In this document: positions 11,394-24,351 of the stretch, in pieces
Position numbering within the stretch: the first letter of the stretch is position 1
How the letters are laid out: every line of letters starts with the position of its first letter
Assembly (NCBI RefSeq): GCF_004010195.1
Contig: NC_057718.1
Span: forward strand, 96,254,686-96,318,685
Reading direction: 5' to 3'
From: Chiloscyllium plagiosum
Lineage: Eukaryota
DNA: 64,000 nt
Notes under the pieces: generated by a model
What the model was told of the DNA's origin: nothing
What the model saw: the letters and a program-made list of their open reading frames with translations, nothing else
The model's database searches: none
Position numbers and translations under genes: made by a program

Positions 11394-11734
11394 TCATTAT
11401 ACATTAGTGATCTGGACCAAGGAGCTAAGGACATTTTTTGCCAGTTTGCAGATGACTCAAAGATTGGTGGAGAGAGAGAGTGTTAAGAAAGCATGGAGAT
11501 TACAGAAAGAATTGAGGCGAAGACTATTCTCAAAAAGGCAAAGGTTTTGGAACCTGAAACATAAAGAGATGTTGGAGTCCTAGTTCAGTATTGTCTTAAG
11601 GTGAACATGCAGGTTGAGTGGGTAGTTCAGAAAGCAAATACAATGTTAGCATTCATTTCGAGAGGACTAGAATATGAGAACAGGGATGTACATGCTGAAG
11701 TTGTTCAGGCCGCATTTGGAATATTGTGCCCATG

Positions 11735-12605
11735 ATATGCAGATGCCAGTGTTGGACTGGGATGGACAAGGTCAGAAGTCACACAAGACCAGGTTGTAGT
11801 CCAACAGGTTCGTTTGAAATCGCTGCCTCTTCATCAGGCGAAGTGAAGAAAAGCACAGAGGCACAACATTTCAAGGCAGAGAGATCAAAAGACAATATCA
11901 ATGGTGCGAGTGAAGTATCGAGTAAGAAGTCTGTGTGGGTGATCAAAAGTGTAAGACAGTGTGAGTAAATTGTCAATAAATAAATAGTAAGTGAAGGGGA
12001 TGACCTATTATCCAATAAATGAGGCAAAGAGATAATTACAAAAAAATTAAAAATGAGGTGGTGCTGGAAACAAACCAAATGGCTGAAATAGCATGATAGG
12101 TGCAAGAATCACATGCCAAGGGTCTAACCAAAGTAACAAGAAATCCAAAACTCTATAAACTAATTAAAGTAGAGAGATCATAACAAGTTATTATGGTGAA
12201 GGTGTCAAAACAGATCAATACGGAAGATTTTATAGATACAGAAGTGTGGTGTGGGGGTCACATGTAGTGTGACATGTAGTGTGACATGAACCCAAGATCT
12301 TGGCTGAGGTCGTCTTCATAGGTACAGAGCTTGGCCATCAGTTTCTGCTCGATGATCCTGTGTGGTTGGGTATCTCGAAGGCCGACTTGGATGATGCTTA
12401 CCCTGAAATAGGAAGTTGAATGCCCTTGACCGCTGAAGTATTCCCCGACTGGGAGGGAACATCCCCGTCTGGGTGATTGTTGCATCATGTCCATTCATCT
12501 GTTGTCATAGTGTCTGCAAGGTCTCACCAATATATCATGTCTCAGGGCATCCTTGCCTGCAGCGCATGAGATAGATGACATTGGCCGAGTCACCTGAGTA
12601 CCTGC
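11735..12605 (-). mobile_element. PLE subfamily B 3' fragment with GIY-YIG endonuclease remnant
   Basis: Minus translation SANVIYLMRC..YIGET..MNGH / PVGEYFSGQGHS..EQKLMAK..DLGF; terminus matches 205-265. Confidence 0.85.
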
Positions 12606-13043
12606 TATGTATGTTTATTATTGTGAGTACTGTGAGCAGTTTTGGGTCCTGTATCTAAGGAAGGCTGTGTTGGCATTGGAGGGATCCAGAGGAGGTTTAC
12701 AAGGATGACCCTGCGGATAAAGGGCTTGTCATATGAGGAGCAGTTGAGGACTCTGGTTCTGTACTCCATGGAGTTTAGAAAGAAGAGGGGGGGATCTGAT
12801 TGAAACTTACGGAATACTGTGAGGCCTGAACAGAATGGATGTGGAGAAGATGGTTCCACTAAGAAGAGAGACTAGGCCCTGAGGGCGCAGCCTCAGAGTG
12901 AAGGGATGACCCATTAGAACTGAGATTAGGAAGAATTTCTTCAGCCAGAGGGTGGTGAATCTTTGGAACTCATTGTTGCAGACGGCTGTTGAGGCCACAT
13001 TGTTGAGTGTATTTAAGACAGAGATGGATAGGTTCTTGATTAG

Positions 13044-13305
13044 ATTAGATTCCCTCCAGTATGGAAACAGGCCTTTTGGACCAACAAGTCCTCACTGACC
13101 TTCGGAATAGTAACCCACTGAGACTCATTCCCCTACCCCAGACTGGGCAATTTAGCATGGCCAATTCACCGGACCGGCACATCGTTTGGATTGTGGGAGG
13201 TAACCCACGCAGACACGGGGAGAATATGCAAACTCCACACAGACAGTCACCTGAACGCGGGAATTGAACCCGGGTCCCTGGCGCTGTGAGGCACGATGCC
13301 ACCGT
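13044..13305 (-). mobile_element. HE1-type SINE
   Basis: Reverse-complement HE1 body and head. Confidence 0.88.
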
Positions 13306-13654
13306 GGTCAGGGAATCAAGGATCAGCGGGAAAAGACAGCAGAAAGAGGTTAAGGAACATATCAGCCATGATCAAATGCTGGAACAAATTTGATGGGCCA
13401 AATGGCCTAATTCTGCTCCATATCTTCTCAAACATGACAAGAACCCAAAACCTTCTCTTGCACCACTTTCTCCAGTTTCACTATATCACTGCTCTATCCT
13501 CCTATTTCTACACTCACTATAACACGGCACTGGGAATACTTTGTGATCTTTTGAAGAGCTTCATTCAAAAACCTCTATCCCAGTTTCTAAAACTCTGCCT
13601 GAAGATCTTACCACTTAATATCTGCTATTGGGAAAGTTTCAGATTCCAAAATAA

Positions 13655-13885
13655 AGGATGTTAAATTTATTAGAATTCTTTGAGGAGGTAACAGCAGGAT
13701 AGATAAAGGGCACCCTGTAAATGTAATATATTTGGATTTCCAGAAGGTGTTTGATAAGATGCCACATGTTAGGAAACGTTGATAAGGTAAGAGCCCATCG
13801 TGGCAGAGGTAACATATTAGCATTGATTGAGGATTGGCTAACTAAAAGATGACAGAGAGTTGGGAAAGGGGATTTCAGAATGGAA
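13655..13885 (+). mobile_element. CR1 RT fragment
   Basis: NLLEFFEEV...IYLDFQKVFDKMPH motif. Confidence 0.8.
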
Positions 13886-13907
13886 ACTCTTAATGAATTG
13901 AATGTAG

Positions 13908-14210
13908 GGTGGCACAGTGGCTCAGTGGTTAGCATTGCTGCCTCACAGCGTCAATAACTCAGGCTGGATTCCACCCTTGGGTGACTGTGTAGAGTTTGTG
14001 CGTTCTCCCAGTGTCTGTGTGGATTTCCTTCCACAGTCCAAAGGTGTGCTGGTTAGGTGGGTTGGTCATGCTAAATTGTCCATAGTGTCCAGGAATGTGT
14101 ATAGTAGGTGCATTAGCCATGAGAAGAGTGGGGGATGGCTCTGGGTGGGATGCTTTTGGAGGGCCAGTATCACTTGATGGGCCAAATGGCCTCTTTCCAC
14201 ACTGGATTCT
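13908..14210 (+). mobile_element. HE1-type SINE
   Basis: ggtggcacagtggctcagtggttagc head and body. Confidence 0.85.
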
Positions 14211-15414
14211 CGCAAAAGAGAACTTAACACCGATGTCAGAATATTCTATAAAATAGCTATTGGCTTATCAAACAGACATCTGTGGGAAAGTTAAGGTAAA
14301 AATTTAAGAAACATTTGGTTTTCTCAATGGTGGAGCTGTCGAGTATTTCTCTATGCTTTCGCAAAAATGAATAGAGTCATTTTCCTCACCTGTATTTATC
14401 TTATTATTTTGTAGGTCTGATTGTCTATTGGTCAAACATAGATCAATCAAATTTCTTATCTCTGAAGACATTATTATTGCCCGTGGACTCAATTCTCTTC
14501 TCATGTTACTGATTCCAACTCAGCTTCTCCTCCCTTCAGCTTCCATAAGCTTGCCATCCAGGCCTGAGTTTAAATCTCCATGTCCGCTCCACTGTAAAAA
14601 GTTCTACTTTTACGAGACTGCTTTGATCTATCTTTACCTTATCCACATGACTGTAAACACAATTACCTACACATGCGTCACCACTGGTTTCAATCCTCCC
14701 AGCAACCTCCTGGTTGGTCACCCTTACTTTGAGATTAACTTCCAACTTTTTCCGAAATTGAGCCACTTCTGCATTTGTTGACATGGAGTTCCACCCACAC
14801 ATCAACTTCAACTCTCACTGACTGACATCGCCTCCCTGTTCCTGAATTAAAAATCGACATCCCCACCTTCAAATGTTTCTTGTGGTCTTGCTCCACCCTA
14901 AGCTCTGAATTCTCCTCCACGTTTATGTCACCGCCTGCAATCTTCAGTCCTCCCACTCTGGCCTTTTGTGCAATACCACCGCCCCTTTGTTCACTCGGCG
15001 TTGGTCTCAGGGCTTCTGGGTTTCAACACGTTTTTCTTGAATGTCCCTATCCTAAACCATCCTTTTCAAACACGTTCACTATCACCAGTGCTGATGCTTT
15101 CACTACAACTTAGCATGAGTTGTGTTCATATTTTATGCCTATATATCTGTTTATCTCATTCTCTCTTTCCCACTTTCTGTTCTAGCAACCTCTCTCTACC
15201 TATCAATCCCTCTATCAAAATTACATTGTCTGTAAAACTTCTCAAACATAGAATAGAATATAATAGAATATCCTTTATTCTCACATGTATTCAATGTAAA
15301 ATACAGTGGCAAGTGTGTACTGTTGCAGTATATAGACAACATTCATATTAACTTGGAATATAATTTCAAAAAGGTAACTTCTGTGTTACCACTGCCAGAG
15401 TGCAAACTCCAGGT

Positions 15415-17242
15415 CCCAGAGAAAGTGTCCCACTCCGGGCTACACCTGCGCACACCGTGCCCCAGGGAGAGTGTCCCATTCCGGGGTACACCAGCCCAAA
15501 CCATGCCCCAGAGAGAGTGTCCCACTCCGGGCTACACCTGCGCACACCATGCCCCAGAGAGAGTGTCCCATTCCAGGGTACACCAGCTCACACCATGCCC
15601 CAGAGAGAGTGTCCCATTCCAGGGTACACCAGTCCAAACCATGCCCCAGAGAGAGTGTCCCATTCCGGGGTACACCAGCCCACACCATGCCCCAGAGAGA
15701 GTGTCCCACTCCAGGCGACACAGGCACATACCATATCCCAGAGAGAGTGTCCCACTCCGGGCTACACCTGCGCACACCATGCCCCAGAGAGAGTGTCCCA
15801 CTCCAGACACCAGCCCAAACCATGCCCCAGAGAGAGTGACCCATTCCAGGGTACACCAGCCCACACCATCCCCCAGAGAGAGTCTTCCACTCTGGGCTAC
15901 ACCAGCACACACCATGCCCAGAGAGAGTGTCCCATTCCAGGGTACACCAGCCCACACCATCCCCCAGAGAGAGTGTCGCACTCCTGGCTACACCAGCCCA
16001 CACCATCCCCCAGAGAGAGTGTCCCGCTCTGGGCCACACCAGCCCACACCATCCCCCAGAGAGAGTGTCCCACTCTGGGCTAAACCAGCCCACACCATGC
16101 TCCAGAGAGAGTGTCCTGCTCTGGGCTACACCAGCCCACACCATCCCCCAGAGAGAGTGTCCCGCTCTGGGCCACACCAGCCCACACCATCCCCCAGAGA
16201 GAGTGTCCCACTCCGGGCTACACCAGCCCACACCATGCCCCAGAGAGAGTCTCCCACTCCGGGCTACACCAGCCCACACCATGCCCCAGAGAGTGTGCCC
16301 CACTCCAGGGTACACCAGCACACACCATGCTCCAGAGAGAGTGTCCCGCTCTGGGCTACACCAGATCACTCCATGTCCCAGAGAGAATGTCCCCCTCTGG
16401 GCTACACTAGCCCACTCCATGTCCAAGAGAGAGTGTCCCATTCTGGGCTACACCAGATCACTCCATGTCCCAGAGAGAATGTCCCCCTCTGGGCTACACT
16501 AGCCCACTCCATGTCCAAGAGAGAGTGTCCCACTCTGGGCTACACCAGATCACTCCATGTCCCAGAGAGAATGTCCCCCTCTGGGCTACACTAGCCCACT
16601 CCATGTCCAAGAGAGAGTGTCCCACTCTGGGCTACACCAGCCCACACCATGCCCCAGAGAGAGTGTCCCGCTCTGGGCTACACCAGCCCACACAATATCC
16701 CAGAGAGAGTGTCCCACTCCAGGCTACACCAGCCCACACCATCCCCCAGAGAGAGTGTCCCGCTCTGGGCTACACCAGCCCACACAATGTCCCAGAGAGA
16801 GTGTCCCACTCCGGGCTACACCAGCCCACACCATCCCCCAGAAAGAGAGTCCCACTCTGGCGTACACCAGCCCACACCATGCCCCAGAGAGAGTGTCCCA
16901 CTCCGGGCTACACCAGCCCACACCATCCCCCAGAAAGAGAGTCCCACTCTGGCGTACACCAGCCCACACCATCTCCCAGAGTGAGTGTTCCAGTCCGGGC
17001 TACACCAGCCCACACCATCCCCCAGAGAAAGTGTCCCGCTCCGGGCTACACCAGCCCACACCATCCCCCAGAGAAAGTGTCCCGCTCTGGGCTACACCAG
17101 CCCACACCATGTCCAAGAGAGAGTGTCCCACTCTGGGCTACACCAGCCCACACCATCCCCCAGAGAGAGTGTCCCACTCCGGGCTACACCAGCTCATACC
17201 ACGCTCCAGAGAGAGTGACCCCTCTGGGATACACAGGCCCAC
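15415..17242. repeat. 46-bp minisatellite, about 40 copies
   Basis: Unit ccccagagagagtgtcccactccgggctacaccagcccacaccatg; source of the long repetitive ORFs. Confidence 0.97.
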
Positions 17243-17507
17243 TAACTGGCTCTGTAGCCATGCTGTCTCTGAAGTCTCTGTTGCTGCCTCCTGGGAGGCT
17301 ATTAAAGCCTCCTCCTGCCGAAGAGCTCTGTTCATTGGGTAGGTTTGAGAAGAAATGAAGGGGAAGACGGAAGTAGAAAATGAAAAACAAATCAAGAGAA
17401 CAAACCATCCCACAATTCAGGCTGGACAGAGTCTGCGATTGTGTGGGGGGATTAGAATTTGCTTTCTGCAGTCAAATAGTCTTCTGGAACATGTCGGCAT
17501 GGCTCTC

Positions 17508-17553
17508 TCACACGCGCACACACACACGCACGCACACACACACGCACACACAC
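17508..17553. repeat. (CA)n/(CG) microsatellite
   Basis: cacacgcgcacacacacacgcacgcacac... Confidence 0.9.
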
Positions 17554-18261
17554 CATGTCTGATGGAGTGTGACTAGTCACCAAGGAACCTGTATTATGCA
17601 GCTGGCTGAGCTACAGGTGTCAGGAGAGAAAAACACTGGAAGGAAAAGGAGTTTTAAAAATGCATTGCCACCATCTCATTTCAGATTATCAATATAAATA
17701 CATTTAAAGTTAAGTAATGTATAAAAAGGATCACAGTTCCAGACTCTAAGGGCTGAAGTGTCTGTCTGAGCTTGGTTTCTCTACATTTTGAAATGCTGCC
17801 TGCGTCAATAGCAATATTTGACAGACATGCCGGGTTTGAGGTATTTGTTGTAAATTCCTTCTCTGTAAAGACATGCACATGCAATGTGTCATTAAGAAAC
17901 GCATGACACTAATTGTGTGGAAACACTCATAAATGATTACTAAGGTGGGTTAATTAAGATTTATTAAATGATAAACTGCCCTTGCAGCTTACTGCTGTGG
18001 AGAGAGAGAGAGAGAGAGAAGCTGGAAGGCTTAACTTTTCTTTTAATGATCCATGTTGTGAAAAATAGGTTGCACAGTAAGCCAAGTCAAGCCACAAGAA
18101 GCTAACTGGTTTGTTCCCACATTGCAAGTCTTATTGGGTAAAGACATATGGAATGCATATTTACTCCTGTTGCTCTTTTTGTGATTATTAAACAAAGGCA
18201 GCCTATCAATCACTGGAAATTAAGCCAACACATAACTCAGTCCAGAAGGCCAAAAATAAAT

Positions 18262-18970
18262 ATAGAATTCCTACAGTATGGAAGCAGACCATTTGGCACA
18301 TCAACTCCACACCAACCCCGTGAAGTGCTTCCCACCCGATCTCTGTAACCCTGCATTTCCCACGGCTACTCCACCTCACCTGCACATCCCTGGATACTAT
18401 GGGCAATTTAGCATGGCCAATCCACCCTAACCTGCACATCTTTGGACTGTGGGAGGAAACCACCAACACAGACAGTACAGAAGGTGGCGTGCACAGCCCA
18501 GATCATCACAGAAAGCAACCTCCCATCCATGGACTCCATTTACACGTCTCATTGCCACGGAAACGTTGTCAACATCATCAAATATCCCTCTCACCCTGAT
18601 AATACTATCTTCCAACCTTTCCATCAGGCAGAAGATACTGAAGCTTGAACACATGTACAACAGGTTAAATGCCAGCTTCTTCCCTGCTATTATTAGCCTG
18701 TTACTTTATCTAACTTCAAATAAGGTTGATCTTGCTTTATCTACCTCCTATGCAGTGTATCCTTGTATGCCTCACTCTGACTAAGCACCCTATGTCCTTG
18801 TTTGCTATGATCTGCATGCACTGCTCGCAAAATAAAACTTTTCACTGTACTTAAGTACATGCGACTACAATAAATCAAATCACAGGGAGAATGTGCAAAC
18901 TCCATACAGATAGCGACCCAGGTCACTGATGTTGTGAGGCAACAGCGTCAACATTGAACCACCCTGCCAC
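18262..18970 (-). mobile_element. HE1-type SINE split by a Rex1/Babar insertion
   Basis: Tail half 18262-18462 and head half 18882-18970 join into one SINE. Confidence 0.8.
18463..18881 (+). mobile_element. Rex1/Babar LINE 3' fragment
   Basis: QKVACTAQIITESNLPSMDSIY...IIKYPSHP..IFQPF resembles the Rex1 ORF C-terminus; tail caataaatcaaatc. Confidence 0.75.
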
Positions 18971-19794
18971 CTCTTTGACTGCAACATTTCACACAGAAAA
19001 ATACAGCACAGAACAGGCCCTTCGGCCCACGATGTTGTGCCAAGGTTTAATCCTAATGTAAAATATAGTAACAACCTACACACCCCTCAACTCACTGCTA
19101 TCCATGTGCATGTCTAGCAGTCGCTTAAATGTCCCCAATGACTCTGCTTCCACCACCACAGCTGGCAACGCATTCCATGCGTTCACAACTCTCTGCATAA
19201 AGACATCTTAAATGGTGAAAGAGTAACTGTAGGTAATCCATGCAACTGCAAACACTAATGTCCATTTTCACTGCTGATAGTGGTAGTGATCAGGTTCCTT
19301 ACACTTACTTGGAAATGAGATTTGCCTAAAGTTGGATGAATCCTTTTGATCATTATCTCCCCAGTGTAAGAATGAAGAAAAGTTAAAATTCAGGGGCAAG
19401 GGTGCGGTCAAAGGGGTGGCTGTGTTGTGATAGGCAAGTCAAGGTGCATTGTATAGACTATTGAACAATCTGACATAAAACTCTACAGTTACCTCCTGTC
19501 TGAACGTGCCCCATTGGAAGGAAAAAAAAATAGTCTTCAGCAGAGAGTAATGCAATTGCAGACAGTGAGTGAATTATCTTCGACATGGCAATTAGACAAT
19601 CTATCTTTATACACATCCAACAAGCACTTGCTGCATTTCAAAGTGTAAAGGAAGCAAGGAAAGACTGTCATTTCCTGTGATTATTTTTTCTGATGTTGGT
19701 GTCCTACTCTTTCCTCAGAACGCCTTACTGATTTGAGGAGTGGCCTTAAAGGGACAGGCCAAATTTAACACAGTTTTATCCACATTGAGCCAGA

Positions 19795-20132
19795 GTCATA
19801 CAGCATGGAAACAGACCCTTCTGTATAACCAGTCTGCTCCGAACATAATCCCAAACTAAACTAGATCCCTCCTACCTGCTCCTGGCCCATATCCTTCCAA
19901 ACCTGTCCTATTCATGTACTTACCTGGGTGCCTTTTAAACATTGCAACTGTGCCCACATCCACCACTTCCTCAGGAAGCTCATTCCACACGTGAGTAACC
20001 CTCTGTGTAAAAGAATTACCCTGTGTGTCTTTTTTAAATCTCTCTCCTCTCACTTTAAAAAATGCCCCCATCCTAGGGAAAAGATATTTACCATTCACCC
20101 TATCTATACCCTTATGATTTTATAAACCTCGA
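19795..20132 (-). mobile_element. CR1 3' fragment
   Basis: FKVRGERFKKD..FTQRV..WNELPEEVV. Confidence 0.88.
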
Positions 20133-20308
20133 CGAGTGATCCCAGACTTTCATGTCGTGGGAAATTGCAATTTCTTAATCTCACATTATGGCCAGGAATA
20201 AACAAGGGATGGAGGTTATTGAATTTAATGGTACTATGTATGTAATCAGTGACAATGACACTCAATTTCAATTCCTCACGAGACATGGGCACTGCTGGCT
20301 GGCTCAGA

Positions 20309-20617
20309 TTGGTGGTTCAGTGGTTAGCACTGCTGCCTCACAGCACCAGGGTCCCAGGTTCAATTCCAGCCTTGGGCGACTGACTGTGTGGAGTTTGCAC
20401 GTTCTCCCCGTGTCTGCGTGGGTTTCCTCCGGGTGCTCCGGTTTCCTCCCACAGTCCAAAGCTGTGCAGGTCAGGTGAATTGGCCATGCTAAGGTGCCCA
20501 CAGTGTTAGGGGCATTAGTCAGAGGGAAATGGGTCTGGGTGGGTTACTCTTCGGAGGGTCAGTGTGGACTGGTTGGGCCAAAGGGCCTGTTTCGACACTG
20601 CAGGGAATCTAATCTAA
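20309..20617 (+). mobile_element. HE1-type SINE, full length
   Basis: High similarity to 3947-4278. Confidence 0.9.
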
Positions 20618-21808
20618 TTGCCAATCCTGAGTTGTCCTTGCAATGGGGGTGATGAGCTGCCATATTGACTGACTACAGCCCATGTGCTGTGTTGCATTGA
20701 GGGAGGGAGTTCCAGGAACTTTTATGATTTGGAAACCAACTAAGTTATAACATGTGTAATGTGTATATCACAGATGAGTGCTACGTCTCAATGAGGTTGA
20801 GAAAAAGTCAACACTGTTGACTTTTCTCTGATATATTACACTTAAAGACTTATCCAAATGAGCACACAGTTTCATTCAAATGCAATTGAGGGAAGGGCTC
20901 TTTAAGTTTGAAGTATCAGTGAAACCAATTCAAGATAATGAGCACTTAGTTACTTAGCCTCAGTTCAAAACCCGAAAGCAATTAAGTAAAGCCTCATTAG
21001 CTTCTACACATTGCCAGTCAGGGTCATTGTAACATAGTACAGTTTTTCTTAAAAAGAGAACACAGTCTAACAGCTTAAAGGGATTTAGTTGACCTTATGA
21101 TAGATGCATGACTACCAGTGGAAACCTTTGTTTGCATAGGATTGTGTATATCATTGTGCTTTGCAAATATTACAGCAGCTTTGACTTAGAATTTCACTTG
21201 GAAATGGAATGTAAATATTCTTACAGAGTTGCTGCTAAACCTCTCTGCTTAAGGTTCCGTGAGCACACTAAAAACAAGAAAAACAGGTGAATAAGATTTC
21301 AAAACAAAAACCCCTGAAGAAACATTTGATCAGACAAAATGATTTGAGCCGGCTGTATATTGCAGAGGAATTTGTACCTTCAGCCTGGTATCTATCCATG
21401 AGTTTTGTCCTGAGGTTTCGATTTCCACGAGGTTTATTATCTGTTCCCTCTCTGCTCTGAAGAGAAAGAAACCTGCAGGATTATTCACTATTCTTTTCTT
21501 AATTATTCCTTCCCTTTTCAGACACTGGGTGAGAACAAGATTGGACCAGTTCTGACTGTCCATGTAGCCTGATGACACCCAAGTATTCAGACTAAAGAAT
21601 AAATATAACCAGAAAGTAGAGAGGTTGAATCAGTGAAGCTAAATATCAGTAAGTGCTGATGGGGGGAGTTTTTACAGGACCCTTTAGATTTGCAGAAGGT
21701 TCACGTGTTGGGGAAATGCTATAGTTCTCTAATGCCTGTCACTCAAGTTACAATTTGATCCGAAGAATGTGGCACAAATTCCTTCTGAATGCAAACTCCA
21801 AGTGAAAG

Positions 21809-22140
21809 GTGGGTGGCACAGTGGTTAGCACTGGTGCCTCACAGCGCCAGGGACCTGGGTTTGATTCCGGCTTTGGGTGACTGTCTGTGTAGAGTACACA
21901 CATTCCCTTTGTGTTTGCGTGGGTTTCCTCCGGGTGATCTGGTTTTTCACCCACAGTCCAGAGATATGCAGGTTAGTGTGGATTGACCATGCTAAATTGT
22001 CCATTGTGACACCGGAGTATGTAGGCTAGTTGGATAGCCATAGGGAGTATAGGGTAAGGTGCTGGGTGTGGGTGGGATGCTCTTTGGAGGGTTGGTGTGG
22101 ACTTGATGGGCCAAATGTCTGCTTCCACAGTGTTGGGATG
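21809..22140 (+). mobile_element. HE1-type SINE
   Basis: Head, body and tail match. Confidence 0.85.
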
Positions 22141-22496
22141 TATGGAATAAGAGAAAATCAAGGGAACCCATAGGTCTGGCAGCATCTGTGGAGACTTTCT
22201 GTTCTTATTTCAGATTTCAGCATCCTCAGTATTTTGCTTTTAAGTAAGAGAGTGTTGTGAACAGGAGTAAGGGTAAGCTGTAATAAAAGCTACTGAGGAT
22301 GCTGGAGATCTGAAATAAAAACAGAAACTCAACAGGTCTGCCTGTATCTGTGGAGATGTAAACAGATATAACATTTCCAGTCTTTTTTTCAGACTAGGGT
22401 AATATTTGCCTGTAACAAGTTCTGTTTGATGCCTGATGAGTTGTTTCTACCATAATATATGAAGACAGTAATTACAACGAGCATATTTTGAAATGA

Positions 22497-23190
22497 GGGT
22501 ATAGTGGCATAGAGTTAAAAACCCTGGATTGGTAATCGAGAGCCCCAGACTAACCTTCTGGAGATGTACATCCAAGTGCCACCATGACAGTTTAAAAGCT
22601 GAGTTCAATAACCTTTTTATTAATAGAATCCATACAGTGAGGATGCAGGCCCCTTCAAGTCCGCACCAACTCTCCAAAGGGCATCCCACCCAGACCCACC
22701 CTATCCCCATTAACCCTACATTTCCTATGGCTAATCCACCCAGCCTGCACATCCCTGAATGCTATGGGCAATTTAGCATAGCCAATCCATCTAACCTGCA
22801 TATTTTTAGACTCTGGGCAGAAACCCACATAGACACAGGGAGATCACACAAACTCCACACAAACAGTTACCCAAGCGTGGAATCAAACTCAGGTCACTGG
22901 TGCTGTGAGGTAGTAGTACAGACTGCTGTGTTATTGTGCCATCCCTGGAATATGAGAATTACAAGCCAGTTTAATGGTGACTGTTTCACAATTGTTGTGA
23001 AATCCCTAGTGCCCTTTAGGTAAGGAAATCTGCCATCTTTACCCCATCTACACGTGACTCCGGATCCACAGCAATGTGGTTGGCTCCTAACTATCTCTTA
23101 TATAGTCTAGAGAGTCAATCAGTTCAAGGGCAGGTAGTGATGGATAACAAATACTGACTTTGCCAATGATGTCTACATCCCATGAAAGAA
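22497..23190 (+). mobile_element. DeuSINE/SacSINE1-like SINE interrupted by a minus-strand HE1 SINE (22625-22945)
   Basis: tRNA-like head at 22497-22620 resumes at about 22950 with ctttaggtaaggaaatctgccatc; HE1 reverse complement lies between. Confidence 0.6.
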
Positions 23191-23539
23191 TTTTCTTTTA
23201 AATCTGGTAAATAGAATGAAAAATTATGTATATTGAACAGATATTGATCTTAGCAATCAGAGAAAATGACGATGCAAACAGTGTTTTGTGCCATCATTTC
23301 AAGAACAATTAGCATACATTTACATAATTCAAATTAGTAGATAACAAATGCTAATAAAATGCATACAATATTATCACTGGAATATAATCCCACCATTTTA
23401 TGCAGCAATTGTTTGTCATGTATTATGGCGATTTGTTTAAGTATCACATCATGAGAAGTGGAATGAGTAGCTTTGACTGAGGTATGTACCCTCTAGACCG
23501 TTCATTTCTTGAATGTAAAAAAGCAACATCTCTCTTAAA

Positions 23540-24040
23540 GTCATTGAGCTTACAGCATGGAAACAAACCCCTTGGTTCAACTCATCCATGCTGACTAGAT
23601 TTCCTAAATTAGTAAATCCCAGTATTTGGCCCACAACTCTAATTCATGTACCCTATTCATATTCCCATACAGATGCCTTTTAAATGTTGTAATTGTACCA
23701 GCCTCCTCAACTTCCTCTGGCAGCTCATTCCATACATGCACCACCCTCTGTGTGACAAAGTTGCCCCTTAGATCCATTTTAAATCTTTCCCCTCTCACCT
23801 TCAATCTATGCCCTCCAGTTCTGGACTCACCTACACTGGGAAAAAGACTTTGTCTCTTTACCCTATACATGCCCTTAAGATTTTACAAACCTCTATAAGG
23901 TCACCCCTCAGCCTCCGATGCTCCAGTGTAAACAGCCTGTTCAGCTTCTCCCTACAGCTCAAACCCTCCAACCCCAGTAACATCCTTGTAAATCTTTTCT
24001 GAACCTTTTCAAGTTTCACAACATCTTGCCTAGCAATAGA
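23540..24040 (-). mobile_element. CR1 3' fragment
   Basis: LEKVQKRFTRML...RRLRGDLIEV...WNELPEEV. Confidence 0.9.
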
Positions 24041-24106
24041 GAATGAAGTTAAATGGATCCCATCTGACAATTGTGTCAAAACAAGAAACTCACCAGCAAC
24101 TGTGTG

Positions 24107-24351
24107 TGCCACGGTGGTTAGCGCTGCTGCCTCACAGTGCTAGGGTCCCAGGTTTGATTCCAGCCTCAGGTGACTGTATACTGGGTTTCCTCCCATGGTC
24201 CAGAGATGTGCTGACCATGTTAAATTGCCCATAGTGTTGGCTGCATTAGTCAGAGGGGAAATGGGTCTGGGTGGGTTACTCTTTGGAGGGTTGGTGTGGA
24301 CTGGTTGGGCCGAAGGGCTGTCCCCACACTGTAGGGAATCTAATCTAATCA
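24107..24351 (+). mobile_element. HE1-type SINE with internal deletions
   Basis: Head and tail match; (aatct)n end. Confidence 0.82.

Larger units (their letters stand above)
8232..13430 (+). mobile_element. Long decayed CR1 ORF2 (endonuclease, RT, 3'UTR) split by nested insertions
   Basis: Endonuclease motifs IIVGDF, AILDL and GSDHN at 8350-8580; RT motifs SQHGFVKGRS and YLDFQK at 10650-10950; FADD near 11445; 3' end at 12620-13430. Confidence 0.85.

Noticed and set aside
15415..17242. CRISPR-like array
   Set aside because: Units are contiguous with no unique spacers, no cas genes, and the context is vertebrate.
15323..17358. Long ORFs (up to 423 aa) on both strands
   Set aside because: They are translations of the 46-bp tandem repeat; the unit is not a multiple of 3, so all frames give the same cycling peptide.
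22529..23023. 164-aa ORF
   Set aside because: It runs across nested SINEs; a chance open frame.
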